In this document: piece by piece, positions 40,960 to 54,430 of the stretch
How positions within the stretch are numbered: position 1 is the stretch's first letter
Layout of the letters: each line of letters opens with the position of its first letter
Assembly: GCA_043228905.1 (NCBI GenBank)
Contig: JBHGNT010000006.1
Span: forward strand, 3,596,001-3,660,000
From: Azolla caroliniana
Taxonomy: Eukaryota > Plantae > Polypodiophyta
Direction of reading: 5' to 3'
Length of the DNA stretch: 64,000 bases
The notes under the pieces: generated by a model
Told to the model about the DNA's origin: nothing
Databases searched by the model: none
The model's input: the letters and a program-made list of their open reading frames with translations, nothing else
Translations under genes and position numbers: made by a program

Positions 40960-42315
40960 TGTCATGGACATGAAAGTCATGTCATGATTCGAACTCTTGA
41001 CCTATTGTATTTAATTGATATGTTTTAACCAATACATCTGATACATAATCATGTCACCTTTTTAGATTATTGTAGATGATCTATTCTACATGTAGGATTT
41101 TAGAAGCTTCCAAAAAGCTCCAGAAGCTAGAACATTCTAGAAGCTTGTGCATGAAAATGAGTCTTTGCATGGGCTACATTTAGAGCCCATAAACATCTGT
41201 AAATATAGGGGTTCACCTTGGCCTTAGTCAAGGTGAACAACACCAATTACGAAATCATAATTCAGTTCTTGTTCTCTTGACTACTTTCTCTGTCTCTTTC
41301 TTATTATCTTGTCTATGATCTCTCTCTCACTATCTTAGTATTGAGCCTCGTCTACTTGTCCATGACAATTTGTTCACCTTCCATCTCCAAAGCCTCATCA
41401 TGTCAGATTCTACCGAGAACATAAATCAACTATTGGCAGCCGTGCATCAACTTCAACTTGAAAATGAGAATCTTCGGGAATCTCTCCAGAAACTCTTGCT
41501 AGGACTCCAATGGAATTGGAGAATGAAGAACCCAAGTGCCCTCCTACATCAAGGAATCTCCAATCTGTAGAGCTTGGCCCCTCGTCAATTCTCACTCCAA
41601 TTCCTCTTCACCCCACTTCAACTATAGAACCCAATGTTAGTTTACCCAACAAGTTCGATGGCACAAGGGCGCGATTCCGGGGTTTCATAAATCAGATCAA
41701 GCTTATTATTCGGCTACAAACCCAAAGATATGCGCATGTGATGTTCAGTGGGACGACCAAGCCCTTTGTGACCATTTTCGTCGGGGCCTTCGAAGTGATG
41801 TTAAGAATCTACTACTAAACTTCCCATAGCTGACTTCATTATCGCAAGCAGTTAGTTATGACAACCGCCTTTTTGAACTTCGACAAGAGGAAGGGGCGAC
41901 TTCCAAGTTGTTGCCCTTTCTCCACGTTAAACCTATGGTACAACCCCAAGTGACTGCGAGATCTTCTCCAACGACATCGTTCAATGATCCTATGCTGATG
42001 GAAATTGATCAAGCTCAAGCCCAACTCACCACAACCGAACGACACCATCGACGTACCAATGGGCTATGTCTATACTGCGACACCTCTACCGGATTCATAA
42101 TGTCTTCCATGCCTCTCTTCTCGAACCTTATCATCCATCCACTATTCCTGAAAGACACTCTCCACCTCCACCTCCAATTGAGCTTTCCACAGGTGAGGAG
42201 TATGAGGTGAACAAGATTCTGGACTCTCGTTGGCATCGACGGCAACTTCAATACTCGGTCCTATGGAAAGGGTATCCCATTTCAGAGGCAACTTGGGAAC
42301 CAATCCAACACTTGG
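40960..42315 (+). mobile_element. Internally deleted Ty3/gypsy chromovirus (Tcn1/Tf1-like): 5' LTR 40960-41367, gag remnant, integrase C-terminus + chromodomain; no 3' LTR
   Basis: Perfect 11-bp inverted LTR ends TGTCATGGACA/TGTCCATGACA; gag SLPNKFDGTRARFRGFINQI and ERHHRRTNGLCLYC; IHNVFHASLLEPY; chromodomain EYEVNKILDSR...QYSVLWKGYPISEATWEP. Confidence 0.9.
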
Positions 42316-42419
42316 AACAAATTTGCCTACCCTTCTTATTTAATTGGAACAAATTTGCCTGCACATCTCAAACATACTTTAAATGCATTTTTATATCGCT
42401 ATGTGGTTTTGTGTTTCAG

Positions 42420-42686
42420 ACATTTGATACGAACAATAATGATATGCTGGACAGAGATGAATTCACAGCATTTATTCGGAAATTTTCATCTGAAGTGGTA
42501 CAGAAAGTGGAAAAGAATCTTCTGATATTCTTGATAGCAGCCCCCACCTTAGCATTTGCGACAAAACGCGCTACTGATGACGTACCTCATGTGGGAAAAA
42601 TTGTGAAGAAGATCCCTAATGGAATATATGCAAGTATTGTTACAGCTTTCATTCTGTTGATTCAGAAGACAACCGCAAACAGTTAG
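42420..42686 (+). pseudogene. Orphan last exon of a small plant EF-hand Ca2+-binding protein
   Basis: Acceptor TTTGTGTTTCAG ends at 42419; DTNNNDMLDRDEF EF-loop followed by APTLAFATKRATDDVPHVGKIVKKIPNGIYASIVT, matching a conserved plant family. No upstream exons recognised in this window. Confidence 0.75.
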
Positions 42687-43669
42687 TGTCAAGGATTAAC
42701 ATATGTTGAATGTAGAACCTATATATTCATTTGAACAGAAGCTAGTTCTCTCAATGTGACCGATTTAAGGCCTGAGGTGGTATTTTCTGTTATAGTACCT
42801 TTTTAGCAACTAAATTTTCTTTTTCTTGAGTTGCCTTTGTCATTTTTGGTCTATCTTGATACATTGATGTGAGAGGCACATGAGTTATTCTCTAGCTACA
42901 ATTATGATAGGTTAAGTGCAAGTACATATTGTCCACAACAAGGCTTCATAAGGAAATCTTGCTTGGTGAACGTAATAGAAATACAAACAAAAAAGAGTGT
43001 ATATACAAACATGATTATCAGAAGCCACCTTGTATAGTCAGTTTGAAAGGATATGTACGTAGTCTCATATTCTTGAACTTGGTCGGAGGGTTATTCCTTG
43101 ATTTATGTACAAGCCACCTTGTATAGTCTTTCTTTAATAATCTCTCCTAGCTAATGGGAAATTAGCTTCCTTTTAGAAAAAAATCATGATGATTAGAAGG
43201 TGTATAATAATTTTTAGTCATGATGATATATATTGCTTGACAAATGGAAAATTTATTGTATGGATTCTTTGTAGCCTTTGGGCATCTTTTAATTGATGCC
43301 ACGATGAATCTTGACTTTAAAAAAATGGAAAATTGGTATGAATAGGTAACATTTATTGCTAGTGCTAACTTACAAGTGAATCTAAAATACAAATCAACAC
43401 ATTAATCGAGAGATACCTCTTTGAGACACAAAAGGATCACAAACTTATCGAGCTACAATTCATTGATTTTTAAAGCGTACAATTTGAATCTAAAATATTT
43501 AAGTATGTTGTCATTGAATTCGTACACATAAACAAGAACACTCATGTTTGAATGAGTACAACCCATTGCTAACATCTAAAACATAGAACATTCACAACAT
43601 TATTACCTTGCTTGATGACATTGGATTTGCAAAAAAATACAAACGATCAAAATTACTCATTGAAGCAAT

Positions 43670-44000
43670 AATGCATGGAATGTCTATTTTACACAAAACC
43701 TTTGTTGAAAGTTTCACATGAGTTTCTAAATGAAAACAAACTTTCAAGAGAAACCAGATTAAAAATTTTAATGACTTACGAAATCAACAATGCATAATGT
43801 TTATTCGAAAATTGTTGAAAGTTTCACACAAGTTTTTATGTGAAAATAAACTTTCAAGAGAAAACATATTCAAGTTTTTATGACTTACTAAGGCAAAAAT
43901 GCATGGAGCGTCTATCTTATATTATCTTTGTTGAAAGTTTCACACGCGTTTCTTCATGAAAACAAAATTTCAAGAGAAAACATCTTAAAGTTTTTAGAAT
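43670..44000. repeat. Degenerate ~110-118 bp tandem repeat, 3 copies
   Basis: TTGTTGAAAGTTTCACA...TGAAAA.AAA.TTTCAAGAGAAAA at ~43702, ~43812 and ~43928. Confidence 0.85.
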
Positions 44001-44477
44001 CTCATGAGCATGACTTCCAATGATGTTTGGATTTGGTTTGTTAAGATGATTACCAATAAGATTATTTACAATGTTGTTTGAATTGGACTAAATAGAATCA
44101 TTGCCAAAAATCTAATTACAAGATGCGGTTAATGTCAAAACATTATAGGTCTATATGTTTAAATCAATCTAATTATGCTTTACCATAATTATTTTCTTGT
44201 CTCACATTCCATCATCAAAGTCGAAGTAGAAAGAAGCTTCATTGACTCTCACATGTTTAACAACGAGCAAACGAGCACAAAAATGTTGGAATGAAACATC
44301 CCTATCACAAAACATTGGAAGATGCATAGTTTTTTTTTTTCTTCAAAGATTTTCCTCATTAGTATTAAGAAAAACATGTGAATGCTACAACTTAAGCTTA
44401 TGTGCCCAAAAGCTTACAATTTTCATGTACAATGATGATATACGATAATCCTAAGACAACTAGAACTTTGTAAAAGG

Positions 44478-45400
44478 TTTTTTTTTTTTTTTTTGCATTC
44501 TGCCATGCTTCACTGTTAATCAAGAAAGGGTCCAAGGAAGTTGATAGTGTTCCATTGAGGCCCTTGAGTTGACTCAAAGAATAGGGGTACCATTTTCCAT
44601 AAGTGAAGGAGCTTCTTCTTTCTCTTGTTCAGTCTTTGGTGAACCTTGCATGTTGTCATACTGGCCGCGGACTACTGCGACCAAATTCTCCCATATCTCA
44701 CGCAAGACATATGAGAGACACTAATATGTCACATCATAACGTCGGTTGCATCAACATTTCCATAATGCCCATATCGTTATTGTAGTCATTGTTTTCCATA
44801 TCTGGGCAGATCGCACTTGCTTTCAAGGTTGTCGAAGATTAGGTGTTATATTGTCGAAGATTAGGTGTTATATTCCCTTTCAATGAGTGACCAATTGGTA
44901 AGGCCATATGCACTAATACCCATCTAGAGAGAATAAATTTAGTTGGCCCCTTGAATGACCAAATCCATTTCCAATAGGTTTTCAAATGCAAAGTTGAGAC
45001 CCCCCAAGTGGTCCAATGTTTCTGAACTGCAGGTATTCTTGCATTCCAAGAAAGCAGTAGTGCTCTTCCAAGTTTTACTGAGTATTGAGAGAAAGGAACC
45101 TTTATGATCTGTTCTCCCAAGGAATGTGACCAAAACCAGCCCCCCGGATCCCATGTTAATCTTGCAATTGAGTCTTTTGCATATAACCACAACATATCAC
45201 ACGTATGAGCAATTGAAGGATAAGGATCAAGCATCTATTTCTTTCCAAATTTAGCAACGACTCTAACTGGTGCACTTCGCAAGTGTTGTAGATAACTGCA
45301 CTCTAAGGTGTAAGGTTATAATGTATGATTGTCTAGGACCTTAAAGTAAGAAGCACACCCAGGCAAGGTGAGTTCTCAGGCCCAACACTTTTCCTGCATT
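44478..45400 (-). mobile_element. Degenerate L1-type LINE 3' fragment
   Basis: Poly(T) ~44478-44494; ORF 44839-45234 has WKWIWSFKGPTKFILSRWVLVHMALPIG (zf-RVT-like). Confidence 0.75.
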
Positions 45401-48254
45401 ATCCTGAAAGATGCATAGTTGTTAGCTAGTTAATATGGAAAATGTTTACACAAGGGCTACTCATTTGAAGGGGCTAACAAAACATTACGAATGGGAAGTG
45501 TTTACCATAAAGTTCTTCCACTTACTTTGTAACAAAGCAAAGTTCTTTTGCCCTATTTTCATTCTTTCAGAAAACATCAATTTATGACTCAATGACAAGT
45601 ATTTGAATGAATTATAGAAATGAACCAAAAAATGAACTTTAGACTACTATTCCCAACAATGCAAGCAAATTTGTAATGTCGCATGCACACTTTTTAAAGT
45701 TGTTACAATTGATTACTCTTCAAAAAAAAGTAAGTACTTGTTATGATCCATTGCTCTTCATCAAATATAATACATCCCATACATTCGGACCTATGTCACC
45801 TCACCGATATCCTTTGGAAGATAAGTAAAGTAATAGTAGGCATTTTGTTTTGATAAGTGTGTATACTTACTCAATCTTCCTAGAAATGTTTTTATGAAGA
45901 TTCAACAATTTTTTGTTGTTCGAAGCTTGAGCTACACAATGTGATATTAGTGAACGTTGAGCATTTGTACTATAAGAGAATCAATGGGCAAAGGCTAGCC
46001 ATAATCTACAAGCTGTAATGAACTAAAGGAGTCTAATGACATGGACCCATTTACACTCACAAATTCCTTAAAAAACATTGAGTTTAGGCTTTTCAATGAG
46101 GGCATGATGCAATAGGAGTTGCTAATGGTATCTCCTCTACAGAACAACAATAATAGTATATATTACATTTAACATAATCAATCCTAACTGCACTACCTAG
46201 ACTTGTTTAGGTATAATCACAAACAATGGTTAACTTCTCCTACTTGAAGGATTGCCATCGCAAGATATAAACCTTTCTATAAGGAAAATATATTCCTTTT
46301 TTGAAACTACGTAAAAACTTTACATATGTTGTGTAAGTAGTTTAGTTCTATCCATTTTGCAATATTCTGTATTATTTGATAAATTTCTAAAATATAATAG
46401 ATTTTGTGTGTTATATAGCAAAACAAGAAGTCCATGTGCATGGGTTTTATTACCTAATCTAGTTTTTTTGTTCCTTCCCTCTTATTTTGATGCATCTTCT
46501 AGATTTTTGATGCTTTCTTTATACATTTCATTGTTCCTCTAATGCCCAACATCCATGCCATGTTGCTTGATGCCCCTTTCCTAAAACAAGAAGATGAATC
46601 GATTGAGTAACTAAGCTAAAGCACGTGATTTTTAAATAATATATCACAATGTGAGGCATAGAGACAACTAGCATACGGGCTTGGGTTACGCAATTCTCAC
46701 ATAAGAAGAACAAGAAGGTGAAGATCAGTTTTGTTGTGAGTTGCCCAAAAGCCAAGGTTCAAAAAGCCAATTGCGTATGAGGAAGACGAGCAAGCAATTG
46801 CTACACATGTTGCTAGTGCATGGATATTAAAATATTCAAAGACAATATATTTAAGGGATTTGAGGGCAAGACAAATATACATATATGTTGCTGAGAAAAC
46901 TAGCAAGGGTTTTATTAAGAAGGCTAATGATCACATCTCTTTTGTTTATATCGAAAAATAAAAGGCGAATTAGGTATGTGTTTTTGGATGAAGATTTCCT
47001 TATGAAGCCTTGTTGTGGACAATATGTACTTGCACTTAACCTATCATAATTGTAGCTAGAGAATAACTCATGTGCCTCTCACATCAATGTATCAAGATAG
47101 ACCAAAAATGACAAAGGCAACTCAAGAAAAAGAAAATTTAGTTGCTAGTGGAGGAATCAATGTCTTCCTGAGCATACAATGAAGGTAATTAGAGGATGTA
47201 AATGGTTATAGTAACTCTTGAAATTGCGCCAGGTGCTAAAGTTTAATTTTTTTAAGTAAAGTAAGAGAAAATATTACAAGACGTAACTTGCATTATATTT
47301 CGGTGATAAGATCAATCAACTATATGTATAAAGTCAATCTTAGTTGAGTGTTGAGGTAGGGTTAGCATAGTTTGAAGAGGTGTTGTAACAAAAGTGTATT
47401 CGTGTGCCAACAATTGTTTGATGTCTTGGTTATAACATTGACCACCCAAATGCGAAGTCACTCACTTTCCTTCGAGGAGAACTTACCAATGTTACTTTGA
47501 GAAGAGTTGTGAAAGGGCTCGTTAGCCACCTAACTCTCTCATATCATAGATGTAAGGAGAAGGGCCCATGCACAACTTCTCTGAACTAGATGAAGTGCCT
47601 TAGAAGTCTAAGGTTGCATGATGGGAAAGCAAACATTGGTAATCTTTTTTGCAAAAGGCCAAGAATAGAGTAAAATTGGTACATGTTGGCTTGTATGAAA
47701 AAATGAAAACAAATACAGTGGCCAATCCTCCTACTTCATTTTGATTATAGATGATTATAGTAATTATGATGTTGAGCTTAAAACATTTGAACAAAGGATT
47801 TGGGTGATTGACGAGCAATCAAAGAAAAAGGTGAAATATCTTAGAGTAGATATAGGGGGACGGTTCCTCTTGGACGGATTTAGGGAGCATGCTATGGTGT
47901 AAGGAGCTACTTTCCCATTAGTTAGGAGAGATTTTTACAGAAAGACACAAACAAATACATACTAATAAGGGGCCAAAACTAACATTATGTGCACAGAACT
48001 AACTTCATTGTTTCAAATGATACACATGCACAAAGTACAAAAAAATGTATTCAAAATGTGCGAATGTTAAAAGCAAAACTTTTACATTGATCGTGATTTG
48101 TAGTTCATATCATCTAACACATACATGTATTATAAACAACACACACAAGATGTTTATCCAATAATCTTTGGGCTTGTTCTCATCCACTTGAGGTATAAAC
48201 TGACAGCCACCATCTTATCCATAAACCACAGTCTTAGCAAAAAAATTGCACAAT

Positions 48255-51200
48255 TTTTTTTTCTCCAAAGAAGAATATACTCCATTAATTAAAATGACAT
48301 AAAATACACAACTTTAGACATTACCTACTTCCATATGGGCTACATCACTTATTTATTTTACACTAAATAGCCCACATGTTTGTTCTCCATGTTTGTCACA
48401 TCATTCACACCCCTCTATCATCTAATGGGAGGGGGGAACAACCATCTCGGTACTACGTACTGCCATCGTATATCCACTCCAATTTCTACAGCCATCGGTG
48501 TAGTACACCATTGTTTTCTGAAATTCAACCTCATTAAATTTGAAGCATCATCTCAAAGTAGTTATTAATGTGTGCCATATTAGCTTAATAGATTCTGCTG
48601 GAGGCCGTTTGTTTGCTGAAAATACCCTGGTACATCTTGCGGTCCAAATGTTCCATATGATAATGGGTGCTAGCAACATTCATAGATCTTCAATTTTCTA
48701 CTTCTGGGCATTACTTCTAGGTGCACTGTTACCAACGATCAATCGAATAGTTCCATTCTCCCCTCTGTACATAGTTGTACATGTGCTATCAAATTTCTCT
48801 ATGTCATCATCAAGACAATTCCAACAAGCATGTCCCCAATTGAGGGTAAATGAGCTAGAGGCATGGCAAAGCAATTGTAATGCCCTTCTCCATACAATCG
48901 TAGCCTCATGACATTCCTAGAGACAATGGGAAATGCTTTCTAGTTGTCCACATGCACTACATCTAGGGTCTACATTGGGGCCTTTAGCCCATGTCCCTAT
49001 TGGCAAGGCTCTATGCACAATAAGCCATAAACACATCATTATCTTACGGTCACCGATGTCATGCCATATCATTTTCCAGAATTTAGCTAATATCCTTTCA
49101 CTAATGCCCTCTTGTATCCAAAAATTACGAGTTGCAATATCTTTGTGTTCTTGTTTTAGGATAATTTGCCTCCCGATTTTCGTGTTGTACTTGAAAAATT
49201 GCACTAACTTGGCACCATCACTTTGACCTTGAGTTTTCCAGAAATACATCGTGGGGTCCCATGATAGCTTATTTGAATGCCCTTCTATCGGCTAACACAC
49301 TGTCGTTGGTTTGAGCTCACTCGGCTCGGGGTCAACTATCATATCCTTTTCCATTTTTTGCAAGCAACCTAATCGGCCTTTTAGTTTGATAGGCTGGTTG
49401 CTCACATATTACCATTCTATGCTCTTTTTTATAGTAGCATGCCTCATTAGATCCGGTTTTCATTCCCTTAATTCCAATTAGATAATTTTTAGCATCAATA
49501 AGTCCTGTCCATTCCATTTCAAAGGGACTTATGGCCGCATCTTCCAAGATTTGCCTGCTGCGTGCAAAGGCATATGTAATCCTCATTAGCGTGCATTTAC
49601 CCCTGTTTATCCTCCATATTCTAGCCTTTTGAGTGCCCACATCATTACATAGAAATCTCTTCCAATCTGCCAATGTATTCCCTTGGGCATTGCTTAAATT
49701 GACCGATTTGAAGCTTGCCTTTTGTCCTATCAACAACCCATCCACATCTCTAATTAATGGGTTCCAAACAATAGGCATGTACATTCGAGCATATGCATCA
49801 TTTCTCCACCTACAAACGATTCCCTTTCTTATTCCATTCCATGCCTTCATAATTCCAACAACACATATACTCTATGTACATCCCTGGTATTTGGGTCGCA
49901 TTTCTGGCATAAACCCCCCAAAAGCGCTACTTGGCCAACTTCCACCATGTCTTGGCAACCACATCTTCCATTTGTGTCGCCAGAGAATTTTCCAAGGTGC
50001 CTCAGGCGGTTGCAAGCTCATGACCACCAATTTGCCTAGCAAGGTCTTCATTTGCACCACAAGATCTATAAGTCCCACCCCACCTTCACTTTTATCTTTT
50101 ATGAGTGTAGTCCATGCAACCTTTGCACAAGGATGTTTTTCCTCTGTGCCCCCCCCCCCCCCCCCCCCGCCATAAGAAACCAAGCTTCCCCAAGCTTCCA
50201 ACCATTAAAACCTAGGTGGAAGCATCCCTATAAAAGGCAGCCAATCCAAGGATCCATTGTTGCTCGAAGCCTAGGGCATCCATCAATGCTTGCAGGAATT
50301 CCCATGAGATCCTGTCATATGCTTTTTCAAAATCGAGTAACATTACTGCTAGGTCCACTCCTTGCTCCTCTGCCCATGCTGAATACTCCCAAAAAGTTAT
50401 CACATTGTCAACAATGCTCCGGTTTTCGAGGAACCCAGTTTGCGTTGTATGTATTATGTCCCCTAGGACCGTTTTCAATCGACTACTTACAACTTTAGCC
50501 ATGATCTTATAGGCATTAGTGAGAATCGTCAAAGGTCGCCAATTATCAAGCATAGTTAGACCTTTCCCATTCTTGGGAATTAAATAAATCATTCCTCGAC
50601 ACATTGTCGGAGGCATTATACCTTCAGCCATAATGTATTGCATCCCTTCCAACATGTCATCCTTAATTAGATCCCAATATTTGATGTAAAAATATATAGG
50701 GAGTCCATCAATGGCTGCACAATTTTGTTTGTTCATATCTGAAATTGCATCCCACAATTCTTGTATACAAATAGGGGTATTTAAACGGTCCATCATTTGA
50801 GCCGAAACTCTCTTCGGTATCCTGTTTATTATATTTCTAAAGGCATCCTGCTCAATATGTTCCTCGTTGCATACATTTAGTAGTTGCATATAATAGCTCG
50901 TGGCCTTTTTAAGCATTTCCTCCGTGCACGTGGTCATTGTGCCATCTGTCTTTTTCAAACATGAAGGTTGGGTCCCGGAGCCTTTGCATTTTACAGCTTC
51001 AAAAAAACCTTTCGTAACACGGTCTCCTACCCTCATCCAATTTACTGCTTTACTACGATAGGCATTAGTAGTCCTTAGTTTCTAATACATATCCAATTTG
51101 CATTTTGCCTCCTCTATTTGGGCCTCAATTCATACATTATTCGGGTATTGTTCTCTTAGTCGCTGCATAGAAGCAAGTGTCCATTGCATTCTCTGTAGTT

Positions 51201-52850
51201 TCTCCTTCATCTCTTTTCTAATTTCAGTTGCTTTCTTCTGAAAGGAACATGCACATTCCTCAATTTTCCCAGCCAGCCTATGAGCGGGATCATGATACAT
51301 CCATTTGACATTAGACCATAGTCTTCTTATATCATTAGTCCATTTATTGTCCATGACCAACTCCTCGCTCACTTTCACATTATGTGGATTGCATCGAATG
51401 TTTTCTTTTATATGGAACAGGACTGGTGCATGGTCTGAGAACATCGTTCCAGGACAGATTATGCATTTTCCTTTCATATCTATGAGTTGAGGGTCCAAAT
51501 ACCATCTGTCCAACCTGGACATTGTCCTCCCATGAACGCTTCCTCCTACTCTAGAGTATAGAAGAGATTTTTCTTTTTGCATCTGAAAGTTAGATGCATT
51601 CCAAGAGTCTATCACATTATATGCTAAACAAAACTTATCCCATGCATCTTTTTCCACCCCTTGCACCGTGCCATTTTCATTTCCGCTTCTATCTTCTTGT
51701 TGCTCCACCATATTAAAATCTCCTCCAATGATCCACAGATCTGCATCCGGTTTCTTGTCCATTAATTGCAACCAGAATTCCTTTCTTTCAGTAGCAGAAT
51801 TTGGGGCATATATGTTCAGTATGCCCAAGTGCCCATATATGTGTTTTATCCTTATATAGACAACCCGACCCTCTACTAAACATCCTCTGTCTATGAATGT
51901 TGCATTATACTTAGCTTTCATTGCTATGAGTAGTCCCCCATGAATCTGTCTGTCCCCCATAGCTGCCAACCATGTATTGGTCCAACTCCCAGGGTAGATG
52001 TTTCCAATTTTGTCGATCTTATCCCCATCTAGATGATGCTCTTGCACCATGATCACATTAGGCACTATTGCCTCAGTACATTGCTGAATTTCAACAACTA
52101 ATACATTCTTCTTCATGTGGAATTGGCTACCACCAATTCCTTGTATATTCCATGTTAGCAAGCTAAGATTCATTTCAGCATATACCGTGCCTCTTTAGTG
52201 GCCTAACCAATGCATTTTCAGCTTCCACTAGGTTCGCTAAGATCATATCTTGGAGATTATCCTCTTCTAGTGTCACCATTTCAAGGTGGTATACCATGAA
52301 TTCCGTGATCATTCGAGGCAGCTTCCTAAATTTCACATTTATATAGCATATGCTTTGCTTGTTCGCCTTGCTCGAGCTCCATATCATGGCATCTTTCCAT
52401 TGTCTTTTCATTTTCACACTTATTGCGGTACCATATGTTGAATCTACATGAGCACCCATTTGTTGTTCCAACCATCCGAGTGCTTCTTCTCCGTTGTGGG
52501 GCTCCTTATTTCCCGCGACCAGCATATAGGACAGTCCAACGATTTGATCTTTGTCCTCACAATTGATATAGATATTGATTCTACACATGTTGTCCTTCTT
52601 CATCTCAACCCCACACATTTCCTTGAACCACTTTTTGCATGTCAGTTTCAATTTGATTTGTTGCCCAATAGTCAATAGGGGGGGTCACTTTGTATTGAGG
52701 ATTCCATTTCACTCTTGACCATTTACGCATACCTTTATTTTTCTCCATCCCATTCTCTTCCTCTTTTCTAGCACGCATGTGCCTTTTCATTTTTGCTATC
52801 CCCTTAATATGTTGGGTTGTCACTAGCAACTTATCTTGCTCTTTCAAGGG
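48255..52850 (-). mobile_element. Near full-length, disrupted L1-clade LINE (ORF1 remnant 52175-52847; APE endonuclease 51130-52173; RT 50212-51036; zf-RVT ~48917-49249)
   Basis: LLTWNIQG, MVQEHH, NIYAPN, GGDFN, SRLDRWY, FSDHAPV; NWRPLTILTNAYKI, QTGF, LDFEKAYDRISW; CSACGQLESISHCL; poly(T) at the left end. Several stops and frameshifts, and the RT core after YRDAST is deleted. Confidence 0.95.
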
Positions 52851-53220
52851 GCTTACATCCTTTTAATTATGTAGGAACACAAATAATATAACATACCTCT
52901 ATTACAAGTGATATAGTGGACATTAAAATTTCCCCTTTGTATTCAATGTCGAGGATTCCAATGTACAAACATTTGAAATATCATAATGTACACACTTTTA
53001 GGGATGCTCCATCTTTTTAGTTTTTTTGCGGAAATAAACCAAAATACATTAAATATGCTACCATAAAGTATTTGAGACATATTTAGGAAAATACAAAAAG
53101 TTGAAAAGAAGTCAAGGAAAGGATTAATACAAGGTTGTTTGTGCTTTATTTGTTCAAAAATTGACTAAAGATTGAATGGAGTAGCAAAATGCACGATTAA
53201 GCCTTTACGTATTCTTCTTG

Positions 53221-53387
53221 TGATTTGTTGGTGAATATATGTTGTGATAGATATCAATGATTTTCAAGGAGTGATTGCTTGTTTGATGTAGGATGTATGT
53301 GTTATGATTTGTTGGTGAATATATCTTGTGATAGATATCAATGATCTACAAGGCATGATTGCTTGTTTGATGTAGGATGTATGTGAG
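53221..53387. repeat. Tandem duplication, ~84 bp x 2
   Basis: TGATTTGTTGGTGAATATAT.TTGTGATAGATATCAATGAT... at 53221 and 53305. Confidence 0.9.
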
Positions 53388-53742
53388 ATGAGTAAATAAT
53401 GATCCATGATTTGTTTGTCAAAGAAACCTATCAAGCAAAATTGGCAAAGTTTATAAGATATTCAAAAAATATTTAATTGGGAAGATGTGCAACCTATGTT
53501 AAGGTATTGGGTCATATTTAGCCATTCAATTTAGTAATGAGCACATTCTCTCTCTACTGGCTCACTCTCTAGTTTGTGAAGTATGATGTCTCATTCAACA
53601 GAAATAATAATTAAATGTCAAGCTGAAATCCCCACAAACAAGGGTGAGTATGTATGTGTGTATTATTTTCACATAGAGAGGTTCAAATATAAGAGCTTTG
53701 TCTCACAATACAGTCTGAATAACCTTATGTGAGCTATGGGCC

Positions 53743-54430
53743 CAGTTCGGTTTTGGTTTGAATGGGTTTCTTTGTCTTGAAACCAAAGAGACCCATTTAC
53801 AAAAAACATAAACTAAACCAAACCCTTTATGAATTCTCAAGCCACTTGAACCTAACCATTTAAGGAAAAGGTAAACCAAACAATTTTTGGAGAAGTTGAG
53901 ACCAAATTATACCATTTAATAAAAACTTTAAGCTTAACAATTTAAGGAAAAGGTAAACCAAACAATTTAACCTATACAATTTGGAGAAGTTGAGACCAAA
54001 TTGTACCATTTAATAAAAAATTTAAGCTTAACCATTTAACTCAGAATAATTTTAAAAATTAAATAAACAAAAATACATTAAATTAAATAAGTATTTAAGT
54101 TAACAATTTAATCCATACAGTTTTGAGAAAAGTTGAAACCAAACTGTACCATTTAATCAAAAACTTAAGCTTAACCATTTAAGTCAAATTAATTAAAAAA
54201 ATTAAATTAAATTAATAAAATAAGTATTTAAGTTAAATTAATTTAATTAATAAACAAAACAATATTAATTAAACCCTTAAATTTATTGAGCATTTAAGAT
54301 AAATTATTTATATCAATAAACAAAGAACATTAATTAAACCGAAAAATAAATATACTATTAAAGTAAATTAAAGGTAACCAAAAAACTGAACCACTTAAAC
54401 CTTATAAACCCGGGTTTTTTAACTGAACTG
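53743..54430. mobile_element. Possible non-autonomous DNA transposon/MITE with internal AT-rich repeats
   Basis: CAGTTCGGTT...AACTGAACTG near-inverted ends; three internal GGAGAAGTTGAGACCAAATT.TACCATTTAAT units; no TSD found. Confidence 0.45.

Larger units (their letters stand above)
42804..47147. repeat. Perfect 157-bp inverted repeat (42804-42960 and 46991-47147) around a 4030-bp spacer
   Basis: TAGCAACTAAATTTTC...AGGAAATCTT is the exact reverse complement of AAGATTTCCT...GAAAATTTAGTTGCTA. Confidence 0.95.

Noticed and set aside
42804-47147. Mutator-like element with long TIRs
   Set aside because: No 8-11 bp TSD and no transposase; one arm is ordinary sequence just downstream of the EF-hand exon.
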